Part shown: piece after piece, positions 1 through 20,114 of the stretch
Position numbering within the stretch: the stretch's first letter is position 1
How the letters are laid out: each line of letters starts with the position of its first letter
NCBI RefSeq assembly: GCF_000143415.4
Contig: NW_003314263.1
Span: 3,916,451-3,980,450 of the forward strand
Source: Selaginella moellendorffii
Taxonomy: Eukaryota; Plantae; Lycopodiophyta
Length of the DNA: 64,000 bases
Reading direction: 5' to 3'
The notes under the pieces: model-generated
What the model was told of the DNA's origin: nothing
Database searches by the model: none
Seen by the model: the letters and a program-made list of their open reading frames with translations, nothing else
Made by a program: the position numbers and the translations under genes

Positions 1-1405
1 CTCATAGTTCTTGTCTCAGCATTATTCGGTAGACTTGTCATTGCTATTGCTTTCATCAGTCTAGGAGCTGGAGGCTTGCTGCAATTGAGGTCCTTGCAGC
101 TCTATTTGGAGATTTTTAAGGTTTTTACAGCTCTCTATGCTTTATACTTGATTTACTTATTTATTTTAAAATTTATAGAAACTTTATAAATTATTAAGAT
201 CAATCTAATTGAATGAGGAGGTGTTTAAAAAATTTTAAATTTTTTTATAATTTATAAACATTATGAATATAGAAATAACCCTAGATTTATAGTAAGTGTA
301 GAGAAAAGGTGGAATAAAAATTGAAGGCACCACCAATGGCATATAGTTATCAAAATCAGTTCTACAAAGTAAAAAGAAGTTGTTTTTAAGGTAATATTGA
401 AAATGTAAATATCAAAATGCCAAGTCATCAACAAGTGATATAAAATTTTTAAACTCATTATGAAGCTTTCAAATTCACAACTCAACTTTTTAAGCTTCAC
501 AAACTTCATATAGAGAGGTATATTTAGCATTGTTCTTTATGGACACTGAATATTAACCATAATAATTGCTAAAGGTATAAAATCTTTATCTATAAAATCC
601 AATAGTGCTAGAACAATAGACATCTCAAGAATATAAAAAGGAAAAAGGGAGAAAAAATTGATAAAAAGCATCAATGTCAATCATGAAACTTTTTAAGCAA
701 TTAACAATCTTAAAGTTCTATATCACAAGCTTTAAAGACCATTAAGCAATATAACTAATTAAGTTCTTCCGCTTTAATAATGAAGTGACAATAACATAAT
801 TTCCCTCTAACAATGTTGAAAGACCATGTGAAGTTTTTCAAAACCCTAAATTGCTATTAAACACTCTTTTATTGTGGAGTAATTTATCTTTACTAATTGT
901 AATGTATAGTTAATATACAATAGCTACCATAAATCTTTGTAAGGTATAGAGAAATAAGAGAAACTCTATTTGTACTCACACTTCATTCTAAAGCACTAAG
1001 TGTTTATCCTTGAAGGCCTACATGAGGTCCGAATAGAAGTAAAGAAGATATGAAACAACCTCATAATCGCAAAGTGCATTAGAAAGTATAAGTTGAGAAT
1101 ATACTTTTATTTTATCAATATGATAAAGTTATATTTGTAGAGACCTTAATGGAATATCATAAATGTATCAAAAATAAACTCAAAAGAAAATTCTTATGAC
1201 GGAAACTCTAGTTTGTAAAAGAATATAGCAATAGTTATTATATATTGTGCAGCTAAGAGAGCAGCTTGCAAGTTACATAAAAAAGTTTAATATTTTTTAT
1301 TATTTTTAAGTTTTTTCCATATTTAATTTTTTATTTTAGAATATATTAAACTAAAATGGGGTATTATATAAATATTTGAATTTTATAACAAGTCAAAAAT
1401 ATATC

Positions 1406-2271
1406 ATGTTTAAAATTTTTTTATTCTATCCCAAATTTTACCCACCATTAGCATTTTCTCAGCCAACTATTATAAAGAAAACATAATGTAATTATTTATC
1501 ATTAGAAGACTTTGTAAGAACTCACAGAATACTTAAATAATATATATATAGATGATACTTTTTCTCAGGCAAGAACTCAAGGGACTTAAACAATATACAC
1601 TTAATTTAGAATTATCAATGTTTCAGGTTATAACACAGAATATTTACTGACCCTAATTATACCTCCCAAGGATTTGGGACAAGTCATAAGAGAAGATTTA
1701 GAGCTTTACATGATTTAATAATTACGAATGCAGGAGATGGGCAAGATACTAACTCTTTATTTTATGCTGGTAGTATGAGAGTACAGTATCTTAATTTTGC
1801 TATTGATTATTCTTTGAAATTCCAAATAGATCTTTATTATTTGTTAGTACATCTAAAAGAGTTGATGTAAAACCTACAGATACTATAGCATGTTGGATTT
1901 TCTCTTTAAATATTGTGTATCTAATGTCAATTGAAATCTTCTATTTTGTGAAAATATACCATTTCCAAGTAATAAAATAGATCCAATCTCTCTTTTAGAA
2001 CCACCTAGGTTGTTATATGCAACTTATCATATAAAACCATATCGTATTAGAAAAAAATAAATTTTATTATTATTCTGATTGCTACCTACATTTACAGCCT
2101 GATGGAAATTTAAAAATCATAATTGATAAGGATATATTCATTTGGGACAGTAATGAATAATGCACACCCCAACCTTTTTGCACAGTGATATCAGTCTTAG
2201 TTGTTACTAATGCTGGAGACACTATTATTTATAACTTACAAACAGGAAGCATGATAGGTGGATTAGTGTAA
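1406..2271 (+). pseudogene. Degenerate AT-rich bulb-type (GNA/B-) lectin gene, probable paralog of 33240-34097
   Basis: 2080-2271 translates as CYLHLQPDGNLKIIIDKDIFIWDSNE*CTPQPFCTVISVLVVTNAGDTIIYN, with a QxDxN motif and an internal TAA. It aligns by eye with CFLRLQKDGNLVIYD...IIWS...LCVENTGYAVVYN of the intact copy. The ATG at 1406 and upstream part are frameshifted and only inferred. Confidence 0.6.
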
Positions 2272-2504
2272 ATAATGCAGGTAACTCAACCAGTAATATG
2301 TGATTATCCTCTATTTCTTTATGTTTCATATAAAAATCAAATAATACAAATGGAATTTAAAGCATTTTTTCTCCAACCTTGAGTTGCTTGACAGAGTAGC
2401 TTGACCTCCTCTCAAACAAGACTTGTCCAGGTCAACTTTTTTTTCAACCTCAAATCCCTTGGAAAGCAAGCCAACAAGTTTAGAAGGAAAAACTCCAATT
2501 CTTT

Positions 2505-3605
2505 GTGATGCTTGAGGCGCTTTCTTGGCAGCGGCGCCACCACCCAGGCGATGGCTCCGACGCACTGGTGGCGACAAGCCTGATGAGCATGTTTGGCAAG
2601 AGTGGCAACCTGGGGGATGCGTGGCAGATCTTCGCGAGCTCCACTGGCCGTGGGATTGTTTGCTGGAACTCCATCCTCTCGGCATTTGCACTGCATGGGC
2701 ATTTCGACCCAGAAACTCAACACAGTTAATCTTTGGTGAGATTTTGAGAAAATTTTGATTTTTTTGAGATTTTGATTTTTGGTGAGAAATTAAATAAAAT
2801 AATAAAATAGTATTCATGTTTAGGGGGCGACCCTAAGACCGTACTGTTCTTAATTGAAAGTTGAGGCGGATGGGAATCGAACCCAGCAACCCTACACAAC
2901 AGAACATTACAGCGTGCATGCTATAACCACAAAGCCATGAACACTAGGAGATAATAAAATATAGTTGCAGCACCTCTCATTAGATTTAGATGCAAAGGAA
3001 GATTTGGAATCCACGTGGACGACATCCAGGGGCTGCGAGGCCAGAGATTTGGAGGATCCTACTGGCCGAATCGATCTCCAACATGATCGCTTCCAAAGCG
3101 TTTCCACCCCAGAATCGACCAAGCCATTTCAGACTCTGGACAATTGCAGTCCGCGGGTAATCTCGACGCGATCAACTTCACGAGCTTCCTCAACGTGGCG
3201 ATGGATCCTGTCCGCGGAAACCGATAGTAAAAGACAGCGGCACTCTGGAGAATGCAGCAAGAGGGTTGCAAGGCCGACGAGATCACTCTCTCCACCGCGC
3301 TCGCAGCTTGCAGCCACTCGGGGTCGATCGACGAGGCCCATGGCTGCTCCGTGTCGATGCTCAGGGACTATGGCGTGAGGCCAATCGCCCAGCACTACAG
3401 CTGCATGATCGATGCTCTGGGCCGGGCGGGACGGATGGAGCGGCTCAAGAGTTTCTTGCGGAGTAAAGGTGGAGCTGTGGCGGCGGCCATGGAGGCGGCG
3501 CTGCTCAGCGCTTGCTGGAACCACAGCGATGTGGACCTCGCGATGCTGGCGTGCGACCGGACACTGCAGTTGGCCCCGCGCTCGTCATGCTCTACAACAC
3601 CGTGA
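2505..3605 (+). pseudogene. Interrupted PLS-class PPR gene
   Basis: PPR motifs (SLMSMFGKSGNLGDAWQIF...WNSILSAFALHG) stop at ~2708. They resume at ~3240 (WRMQQEGCKADEITLSTALAACSHSG...HYSCMIDALGRAG). The gap holds an insertion and stop codons. Confidence 0.8.
2710..2945 (-). mobile_element. tRNA-derived SINE-like element inserted in the PPR pseudogene
   Basis: Minus strand 2945-2862 reads GTGTTCATGGCTTTGTGGTTATAGC...GGTTGCTGGGTTCGATTCCCATCCGCCTCA, giving a Pol III A box (TGGCTTTGTGG) and B box (GGTTCGATTCC). An AT/A-rich tail follows. The acceptor stem does not pair. Confidence 0.6.
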
Positions 3606-3750
3606 GTTCGTCCAAGTCGTCGATCGGCCCGAGCTTGACGATCAGCTCGGCCTCCTTGCGGACAAGAAGTTAAAATGGAAATGCTTACCCAGTGGAAGAT
3701 GGTGTCGATATGATACGATGATCAGCGCTTCCCCTTTGGAAGCTCTTGAA

Positions 3751-8866
<5,116 letters not shown>

Positions 8867-9441
8867 CCCGCAGCAGCAAGATTTCGATCGTCCCGAGAGC
8901 GCCAAGCGCGAGACGCGAACGGTGAGGCCTCGCCCCAAATAATTAGGGATTTGCGATTCACTTGAATCAAGCATATTCGCCGAGCGGAACGAATATGCCC
9001 AACCGTTGGAAAAGCGAATCTTCACATGGCGCCTGAAGTCCCGGTATAAATGTAAAACTGGGTGTTTTTGGGATTAATCCACTGTTCCTCCATTTCCATA
9101 TCCAAGTAACTTCTTCTTCCCTCCATTCTTAGGGTTCTTCAATCCGCGCGATCTACCAGGCGGAGGAGAAAGCGTCATTGGAGCGCGCGGATTATCGATG
9201 GTCGGTTGCGTTCGCGGCGTCGCAGCGATGATCCAGTCTGGAGATTAGCAGTAGGTGGGAGGAAATGCTGGATAGATTCTAGGTTTTTGTGTGGAATGGA
9301 GGAACCTGCCGGGGCGCGCAGCATGAGATTATGTGATATTGCGTTTGATGATCCGTCCGATAGTCTCTCCAGGTGTGTATTATTTGTTTTGGTTGGCGAG
9401 AAAGATCTCATTCTTTGCGCGCTCCACTCCAGGGACGTATA

Positions 9442-12220
9442 ATGTCGACGAACAATAACCAAGAGAAGCAGAGGGTGATCCTCTCTCTCACTGTCGAGAT
9501 CCAAGATGGGCGTGAGGAGCACATTCAAGTTAAGGAGGGCGATTCGGCTGAGATGGTCGCGAAGTGCTTCGTTAATCAGCATGGACTGCCTCAGCAATTT
9601 GAAGCTCCTCTAGCTGAGCTGATTGTTGATAATATTATCCGCCTGAGGTACTGGAACTCTTTTTTTCTTTGTTCTTTTCGCTCGAAACCAAGTAAACTTT
9701 GTCAGCATTGTGCAGCAAAGACGATGGCTGGCGAAAGGAAAACCAAAGGCCAGCAACAGCGCCCGCGAGGCCGACCAGAAGAGAAGCTGCTCCTGCAAGC
9801 AAGAGTGAATCGAGCGGCAAACAACCGGGAACTCATGAAACCTCCGCGGCCAACAAGGCTGCGGGCAAGACTAAATCACCACCAGCAGGCAAAATGTCCG
9901 AGCGTCTGCTGGCACATACGTACACATTCCGAGCAAAAAGTAGCGTTTTTTGTCATTTGGAACCAAGGAAGAAGACAGGCCAACGACCGCTTACGGAGAA
10001 ACAGGTGCCGGTTTTCCTGTCCCGTTTTGTGACGTTTCTGACTGGGCATTTTGTGCAGAGAGCTTTGTATTTGCGTCTACATATGGATTTTGTAAGGCAC
10101 AAACAGAAAATGGAAGATGGACGCCGGCTCCTGCACGAGCAGTTCGTTGAGAAGGTGCACAGGAACAAGACACACATGTCAAAGGTTCAAGAACGTTCCT
10201 TTCTTTTGTTTGACCTCTCTCTTTGTTTTATTTTCTTTAGAGATCGAGAATGATCATGCGAGTCAGATCGACCGCCGCCAAGCAGTTTCATAACTACGGC
10301 GAATTGCTGTATCAAGAAGGCATGAACAAGCAACATGAGAGGAAAGTCCAGATTCAGAAGAAAAAGCAGGAAGACGAAGCGAACGAGCTCAACGGGTTCA
10401 CTTTCAGGCCGGAATTAAGGTTTGAAAACTTTGTTTCCGCTCATAAGCCCGGCTTATGTCTGTTTTGCAACAGTAAGACGGCTCGGAAGCAGAAGAACAA
10501 GAAGGTCGTTTGGAAGAGGCTTCTTGAGGATAGATACGCAGAGCACTTGCAGCAACTGCGTAATGAGGTTACTCCGCAGAACTGGTTGCAATAATCTCTC
10601 GATAACAGGGTAACTTGTTAACAAGAAACAAGCTCTTTGTTTTCCTACATTTCTAACTTAGTCCTCCAGGCCTTTGAAGCTCAACTCATGGAATGTACAT
10701 TTAAGCCCCGTATAAACGAGATACTCCGGACAGATAGAGATAATCGAGAGGACAAGCTGCAACAGCAGCAGCTGGGATCTCGTTTCGACCAATTATTTTG
10801 GGATGCCGAAATTCGACGCAGGAGACAAGCAGAGTACACGCAATGGTATCCGGAAGGGTATGAGTCTTGGTTACCCCGTTAGACTGATTACTAACATTCT
10901 TTTTTGTTTTTAACCAGAGTAACATTTCGTCCTAGCATTAGTAAAAGCCAACGGAGTCATCCGGACACGCATGAGCGAGAACCGGGAAGATCTGTTTTTG
11001 ATAGGCTGCTGGAATATGCAGAAAGAACAAATCTTTTAAAGCAGAAGCTTTTGGACGAGTTTTCCAAGCCGATTGATCCCTCAACTGGACAAGAGCTCTT
11101 CACTCCTATCACGGGGCGCAAGCCTCAAGTTGAGGTAGAGCTACATTCTTGCGAGAAAATACTAATACTTTGTGTTCGTGTTTCCAGAGGAATGCGTCTT
11201 TTCTTCCTATTGGGGAGTTTTTGTACCAGATGTATTTTGATCTTGACCACAAAAAGCAAGCCAAGTTTGAAAAGAGCTTGCACCAGACCAAGATCAAAAC
11301 TCTGGAGTACGTATTGCCCAGGTCCATCGATATTCTAAAGGAGCTGGAAAAGCGAAGCTTTCGCCAGATATTTGACTATCTCGACACCAATAAGGTAGGC
11401 ATTTTGTTTAATCAGCCTTGGCTAGTCGCTGACATGTGAGTCGTGCCAGAGTGGTATTGTTAACTTGGAAACGGCTGTGACGGAGGCTTTAATGGATGAT
11501 GTTATTGAGGACATCGAGGATATGAAAAAGTCTGGCAATCCAGTGACTTCACTAAATTACGAGGGATTTGTGCAAATGCTTATGCCGATTCGAGTAAGTC
11601 TCGTATATATATTTTATCTTGTCTCTCACGTCCTGGTACTTTGCACAGAAAGCTAAGAGGAGAGGTGTTCATCTAGTCCTCAAAACAAGAAGGATCGATG
11701 ACCCTTTCAAGACCTTTACTTTCCGGTTTAGAATGAGCCCTTACTCTCGAGCGCTGGCAATCAAGAGACGGAAATACAAGTAAGTTCTATCTCAAATTCT
11801 TTTTATGAATCTCTACTGACTTCTACGTGTGGCAGAGGCACGACTAATTGGTACAAAATCCTCTGCCAAGAGAAAGGAAGACGCGCCACGAGGATGGAAG
11901 ATCTTCAAAAGGATTTGCAACAAGTTGCAATGCGGGAGTGCACATTCAAGCCCGTAATTCACAGCAAACGGGGCAAGAGCATCGTCAAGGTGTGTGCTTT
12001 TTCGGATTTTCCCAGCGTAAAATCTCTGTCGCACTGTCCCGTGTAGATGCGTATCACTGGGGGAGGAGGAGACGTCGACAAGGAGGAGGAACAGCAAGAA
12101 GTTCACGGCTTCATTTTCAAAGAGGATGGTAAGTCTGTTTTTTCCTTCACATTTTTCTTTCAAGCGTTCTAATCTTCTCGATTTTTTCCAGCATTTATTC
12201 CAGGTAGATTTGTGAGTTGA
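9442..12220 (+). CDS. Uncharacterised multi-exon protein with repeated (C/F)TFxP motifs and an EF-hand-like segment
   Basis: GT-AG spliced exons. N-terminal LSLTVEIQDGREEHIQVKEGDSAEMVAKCFVNQHGLP module; repeats FTFRPE, ECTFKPRIN, VTFRPSI, ELFTPI, ECTFKPVI; FRQIFDYLDTNK. The 3' end is approximate. Confidence 0.75.
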
Positions 12221-12409
12221 GCGGCAGCACTACACAATTTTGTGGACCTTTGGTTTGTAAATTTTCTGATTTTGTGGATTCTATCTTTGCTACCACGACG
12301 CTAATTGTCTTTTGATCGATTCAAAGGAAAGGAACCAATTTACAGGAATAATAAATTGTCCACTGTGAGGATGGATTACTATGTACAGCCAGGCAGTGAC
12401 GCTCCCGTC

Positions 12410-14239
<1,830 letters not shown>

Positions 14240-14659
14240 GGAGAGAACGCCGCTGGAACAAGAATAACGTGAGATACCTCCGCGCTTTGTATATGATAGA
14301 AAAGGCGCTGGGTAAATCTAGGCCGTAAATGGGTGTCGATCGTGACCGCCAACAATATCGACGGACGAGGATGGGCCTATCTCCGCCGTTGGATGTCAAA
14401 GATCGACGGCTGTGCGCTAAACACCGTTGCCTTTGATGTGTGCCGTGTATTCATGGATCGTGTGTGTTGACAAGATAGACTAGATGCGTTCTTTAGATCT
14501 TTTATTTAGGGCATTGCGTTGCGTGTGTGACTACTAGCATTCATGTCTAGCAATAATTTACCTCATCAAATGGGACCTTTGGCTTCGAAATGTTTGCAAC
14601 TTGCGTCGTTAGTTTTTTTGTCCGATTGCAAGGATGATTCTTACCCGTCCTTTTAGGGC

Positions 14660-15217
14660 TTGTGTGGTTTGCGGATCTTAGAATCTTTCTTATTGTCTTC
14701 ATCTGAGATCCAGGAACCTTCGCCCTTGACTCTAACGAAAGATGAAAGCTTTTATTTCCTTTTCAAGTGGATCATACAATCCATCCAAAACGAGCGAGAT
14801 GGAGGCTGGTGGGCTGAGCTCAAGAAATGGACGGCAAAGCTTGGCCTTGATCTCACATTAGACGATTATAGCTGGAGGATGTCGCAGGCCTTTGAGCAAT
14901 GGCCGCTGCCAAGAACAGTGGGAGCCCCAATCTGATAGGCATGGATCCCCATATCTATCATCACGCCCCGAGGTGGGCTTGCTACAAGCTCATCACATAC
15001 AGATGTGGTAATCACCACCTATGTGTTGAGATGGCCCGCCAAGTTAGACCTTGCATCCCTCACTGTCTTTGCCTTTGCCAAATAGGATATCCTCTATGAC
15101 TGTAGAGCATATGACAGCAGCTTCCTACCATTCCTTGGCGAAATAGGGATCTTTCAGCCTTCCTATCCAACATTGCGACCTTGCGAGGTAGCTTTTGAGG
15201 ATGGAAGAAATTCGTGA
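14660..15217 (+). mobile_element. Degenerate 3' end of a non-LTR retrotransposon (LINE) ORF2
   Basis: YKLITYRCGNHHLCVEMARQVRP...CLCQ resembles the RxGxHxLxIExGR...CxxC C-terminal region of LINE ORF2. Broken by stop codons. Confidence 0.5.
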
Positions 15218-16159
15218 GGCAGACTAATTTAAGAATTTATCTTATTATCTAGGATTAAAACTATTTTCCTATAAAATCTAACTTGATTTGATTCCAAGCA
15301 CTCACAGATTTAGTTTTTTTTTTAAAAAAAAAAATCAGATCATTGATCCTCACTATTTTTGTATAATTAAATTTCTGTATAGTATATTTAATTTATATAT
15401 CTATTTGTTTGTGTATACACTAGAATTATAGTAGTGTTTATATTACTATTATAATAAACTAAGATTACTCACTTACCATATGTGATGCTGTTAATTTTGC
15501 ATAATAGCTCAATTTTTAGTGTACTTGCAACTGAGTTATGTTATATATTTTTATATCATAGCCTATGTGATGGACATGTATAATATAAATATATACCATT
15601 CAGAATAAGGATTTATATGACATATATGTATGTAAGTATGTATATGTATATATATCACTCAATTAGATAGAAAATGTGTTACAATAGTGATATCATTCTA
15701 AAGAATTTTTATCTCATTAAAGCAATAACTAAAGTGAAATGCAAAGACTTTGTACATGTGTAAGGAGTTTTGGCTTCAAGTGACAGTTCTGTACAAGAAG
15801 ACTTAGAGAGGCTGCATTGTCATGGCTTTATAGCCAACTTTTCTTTGTCAAGGAGCTTGTGATTGATCTTCCTTTGCTTCTTGACAATGGAATTTGCTCT
15901 ATTAGTTCCTCAATTATTTTAGGGCCCTATTGCCTCATCTTTTCCTATTCTTGAAGTTTTTACAAAATAAATACCCTCTATGCTCGCCTTTAACAATAAT
16001 TAAAGAAATTTAACATTAAACACTGACTAAAAACGTTACTACAATTTTCTTTAATCTGAATTATTTTGTTATCATATATTATATTGTAATTGAGCCTTAA
16101 AAAAACCAGTATTTTAAAAGCACAAACACTGAGTAAAGCACTTACAAAAACTTTTACCC

Positions 16160-16259
16160 NNNNNNNNNNNNNNNNNNNNNNNNNNNNNNNNNNNNNNNNN
16201 NNNNNNNNNNNNNNNNNNNNNNNNNNNNNNNNNNNNNNNNNNNNNNNNNNNNNNNNNNN
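16160..16259. other. Assembly gap (100 N)
   Basis: Run of 100 Ns. Confidence 1.
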
Positions 16260-17099
16260 CTACAGGAAATAAATTTATAATATAAATGAAATAGAACTTG
16301 TTTTTGGTTTGAAATTAGGAAAAGTTGGGAGTATTTTTGCAAGGGGTGAAAATTAGCTTTTAGATATGCATATATATCTTGGAAATATTGAAGGGAAAGA
16401 TTACCAAGAATCATATTAAAAGCTAAACATATCAGATGAAGACAATTTAGATATGCATTTTTAATCACAATATTAAATCACAAGTAATGTTGGTATAAAT
16501 CTACCACACAGTATTTGGACATTGCCAATTATATGTCACACTCTCAAAAGTTGCTTTAGTTTTCACATTTTTAAACATATACATATATGTGTAAGAATTT
16601 GAAAACCAAATATTACTCAAAAAGGTACATGAGAAATTTAGTTTATAAGAAAATACTATAAAATGGTGAAATAAATGCTTTAATTAAAAAACAAATTTGT
16701 ATTTAGCTATGTATATAAATTATACAGATGGAATGGAAATAAAATAAATACCTAACTGACTATGTTGTTTTGCCCTTCCTGTAAACACTTGTCAAGTATA
16801 ACTTCATAGGCCTATTTACACTTTAGAAAAAATTTCTTGAGGAACAAGTAGTTTTAAAATATCAATTGTTAACATATCATGCCTATTCATTAAAGCCATG
16901 GACAAGGCATAGGCTTTATTTAAAATATAGCTATTTTTTAAAAGAAATATTTTTGATTTAGCTAATAGGAGAATATACTTGGATATCCTAGGATATTTTA
17001 CCATCTAACAGTGGTTATTCATTTATTTGAATCTTGTATTTATAATTTATGAACATGTTTATAATTTATAAACTTCTCTAACCACTTTATATCATCGTG

Positions 17100-17671
17100 A
17101 TATGGTTGTGAGGTCTTTTGAAGCATGAGCCAAAGAAATACCATAACTTACAATGCATTGATTAGGGCCTACATCCAGAATGGCAATTGTGAGGGAGCTC
17201 TTAAAGTTTCTAGGCTCATGGATCAAACTGGTGTCAAAATCAATGATCTCAGCTATTGGCAATGATTGATGTTTGTGCAGGTATGGAGAATTTACTGCAA
17301 GTCAAGTCTCTTCTCTCCTTGATCTTGGGAGATGCCAAGTAAGAACACTGGGAATAAGTTTAGAAATGTATTTATTTCCATGTATGTCCAGTGTGGAGAC
17401 TTGAGTGCCTCCGTACTAGTGTTCTAGGATCAATGGATGGAACCATCATGATATCATGTCCTGGAACTCAATTCTTGCTTACTATACTCAAAATGGAAGA
17501 AGTGAAGAGTCTCTAGAGATGCTTTGGGAGATGAGGTTGGATGGATCTTATCAGTTGAACACCATCACCTTTAGCACTGTTTTGAGTGCTTGCAGCTGTG
17601 CTGGATTTGTGGATCATGCTCATGAATCCAATATGGAGATTTCAATATTGACTATCAAAATGAAGAACTAA
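17100..17671 (+). pseudogene. PPR gene fragment in the left arm (mirror copy ~21925-22460 on minus strand)
   Basis: NTITYNALIRAYIQNGNCEGALKV...SWNSILAYYTQNGRSEESLEMLWEM...TITFSTVLSACSCAGFVD, frameshifted. Confidence 0.8.
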
Positions 17672-18519
17672 AACCACTTCAAACAATAATGAAGAAAGAA
17701 TGATACATACAAATATTAAAATATAATACATGTTATAAGAAACTAATAGATCATATAAATAATATATACAAACAGATTATATATCATAATAAAAAATACT
17801 TAAAAACAAAAGCAAACCAAGCGTAGCAATTTATATTTTCATGAAAGCAAACCAAGAACAAACAATGGAAAAAAATGTTTCTAAACTCCAGGACGTCAAA
17901 GAAGTGGCGGCCAAAAGCCGAGAAAGACCACAGTCATCCAGACGGAGAGAAATGCCATGTAAGCATGCCACATCATTGCCAGCTTCACGGTGGTAGATGC
18001 TCGTTACAGCACAGCGACTTGTCGATCGCGCAAATGGTCTCACAAGATCCAAGCTCAACGTTCGTCCCGAGCTTCCCTGGGAGATGGAGATGGCTGACAT
18101 ATTTGTGGAAGGGACTGCTCAGGCAGTGTCCTACCAACGGAGAGCACTCGTTCGAGCCCATGGATGATTGTGAAACACGTAAATACTTAGGAGGCGAGCG
18201 AGCGCCCTCTGAGAGGATGAGCGACTTCTCGCAGGAGGAAGGGCTGCGCAAGATTCATGATAGGCCAGACTACAAGTTGGTTGTTCTCCATCTCCGCCAC
18301 TTCTATTGACCAGCCAAATATGCTTCTCCTTGTTCCTCCAGGCTTTGCACAGCAATTCAGTCTCTATGAACCAGGGGCACTCTTTCGCTCACCATCTTTT
18401 TCTGGGCACAAAGGAAAAACTTTCTTGGCAATACCATGTTTGGGAATTTTCAGAGCTTCGCCAGCAGTTCTGATGCCCCTGGAGAGGCGGAATTTCTTCT
18501 TCTTTAGAACAAAACCGGT

Positions 18520-18900
18520 GGATTATCCGCTGCAATCGCTGCCGGCGGCAGGTCCACAAACTAGCCATCGCCAATCTGTACTAGAAAGATTGTGGAGCTC
18601 GTTAACTCTTTTTTCATTTTTTTTTATTAGATCCTCTCGATCTCTTCTCACGGTTGTGACATTTTTAAATTTGAGCTGCTGAAGCCAACGCGGGAGCGCT
18701 ACAACATCTCTATCTAGCGAATGTTTCTTTCCAGATGAGAGCTCAAGCAGCGGGTGCTTCACACAACATAGGAAGCCATTCCAAAACCGGCGGAATCAAA
18801 TCGGCTGCTCTGAATCGGAAAACAAGGATTCTGGATCATGCGATATTTCAAACGTTCTGGTTTTCGAACCGAGCGTCAAACACTGGTAGAGAGATTTTTG
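18520..18900 (+). pseudogene. Deleted copy of the ARM-repeat gene (39055-40067) in the left arm (mirror ~20960-21320)
   Basis: Mirror copy 21073-21210 (tatgttgtgtgaagcacc...gagctctcacctggaaagaaacgttcgctagatagagatgt|tgtagcgctccagcg...aatgtcacaactgtgagaa) matches 39495-39560 and 39685-39765, intron sequence included. Confidence 0.85.
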
Positions 18901-19032
18901 TGCATGTCTGCAAGTTTAAGTTTTAGAATTTTGTTGCGAAGCAAACAAACGTTTTGGGGAGTCAGTCGTTGACAAGATGCCGAGCCTACCCAGCTTTAGG
19001 GGTCCGTGGCTTTGGTCAGTTGAGGGCTTTCA

Positions 19033-19710
19033 GCCGGACACGATAAAAAGGCCCTGAAAAATTGTGTTTTTACATGCTAAATGTACTGTCGAGGAACATA
19101 CCTTCTTACTACTAACGTAAGGTTCAGTCCTTAGGTTAGAGTGGGTTAAAAAAATGTAATCTTGATCTTGAGTTCCCGCCAAGGTGTCCAACTTTCGTGT
19201 AGCCGAGCCATTCACAAACACCAATACTTAATCTCTTGCATCCACCCAGCAGCACCCAGTGATCCCTCCAGGCCAAGTCCCACAGCTGGATCTCATGCTG
19301 TTGAGAGAGCTGCCGCTAGCATCCGCTGCCACAGCCAAATCCACGAGCAACACCACCATGAGCATCACCTCCTGCCCAACCGCCACTAGATCGCATGCTG
19401 CCGCCAGTGCTGCCGCCACGGCCAAATCCCATGCTGCCACCGACTGGTGCCACCCAAGGTCTAAACTCGAATTTTTATAATTTTTCAGAATTCCATTTGA
19501 TTGCTATCAAGGACAACATTTTAAAGTTTGTTTTTCCTCTCATGATTCTCCTACTTACAGTAGTTTGAGCTCTGGAACATGCCAGATGACTATACCACTC
19601 ACGACGGCCTAATTGCGGCCTTAGCGCAGTCTCCAGCGACTGGCATGGTTGCATTGGCGAGCCATGACAAGTGTGTCCATTGAAGTAGAGTGAGAAGAAG
19701 ACAACAGACT
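19033..19710 (+). pseudogene. Fragments of the LUG WD40 region in the left arm (3'-end part mirrored at ~20555-20750)
   Basis: gccggacacgataaaaagg matches 27458, acgtaaggttcagtcc matches 27603, cttgagttcccgccaa matches 27695 (intron), and 19565-19700 matches the last LUG exon and stop region (28408-28560). Confidence 0.9.
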
Positions 19711-20114
19711 TAAGCTAAGCAAATACCCATTGTTTTCTCTCTTTTTTTCATTCATAGGGCTTCCAGTGTTGAAACTACTACAAAATCACCTGTTATGGCT
19801 TTTGTTTTCCAACACACATCACATACCCAAAGAATATATACTTACTATGAATAACAAAGCCAGATTTTGCCAGGTTACAAGTGGATAGAGCTAATATGTA
19901 ATGTGATGGTTGTTTACAATTTATCAACGAAATCCAGGAAAGTAATCGAGAAAAAGATGAACAAAAACTTCTGGATGTTCGCTGGTGCAACAAAGAGAAG
20001 CTACTTTGAGTGTTCCAGACCCTCTAATTGTAACCATGCCCCACCCGATATTCATACGTTAGCTTTGGCTGCTCGTGCTTGTAGCATGAGCATTGAATAG
20101 AAGCCATAGAGATG

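Noticed and set aside
1-1300. Possible retroelement relic in the AT-rich start of the window
   Set aside because: No diagnostic motif could be read with confidence.
2862-2945. Functional tRNA gene
   Set aside because: The acceptor stem does not pair; better explained as a tRNA-derived element.
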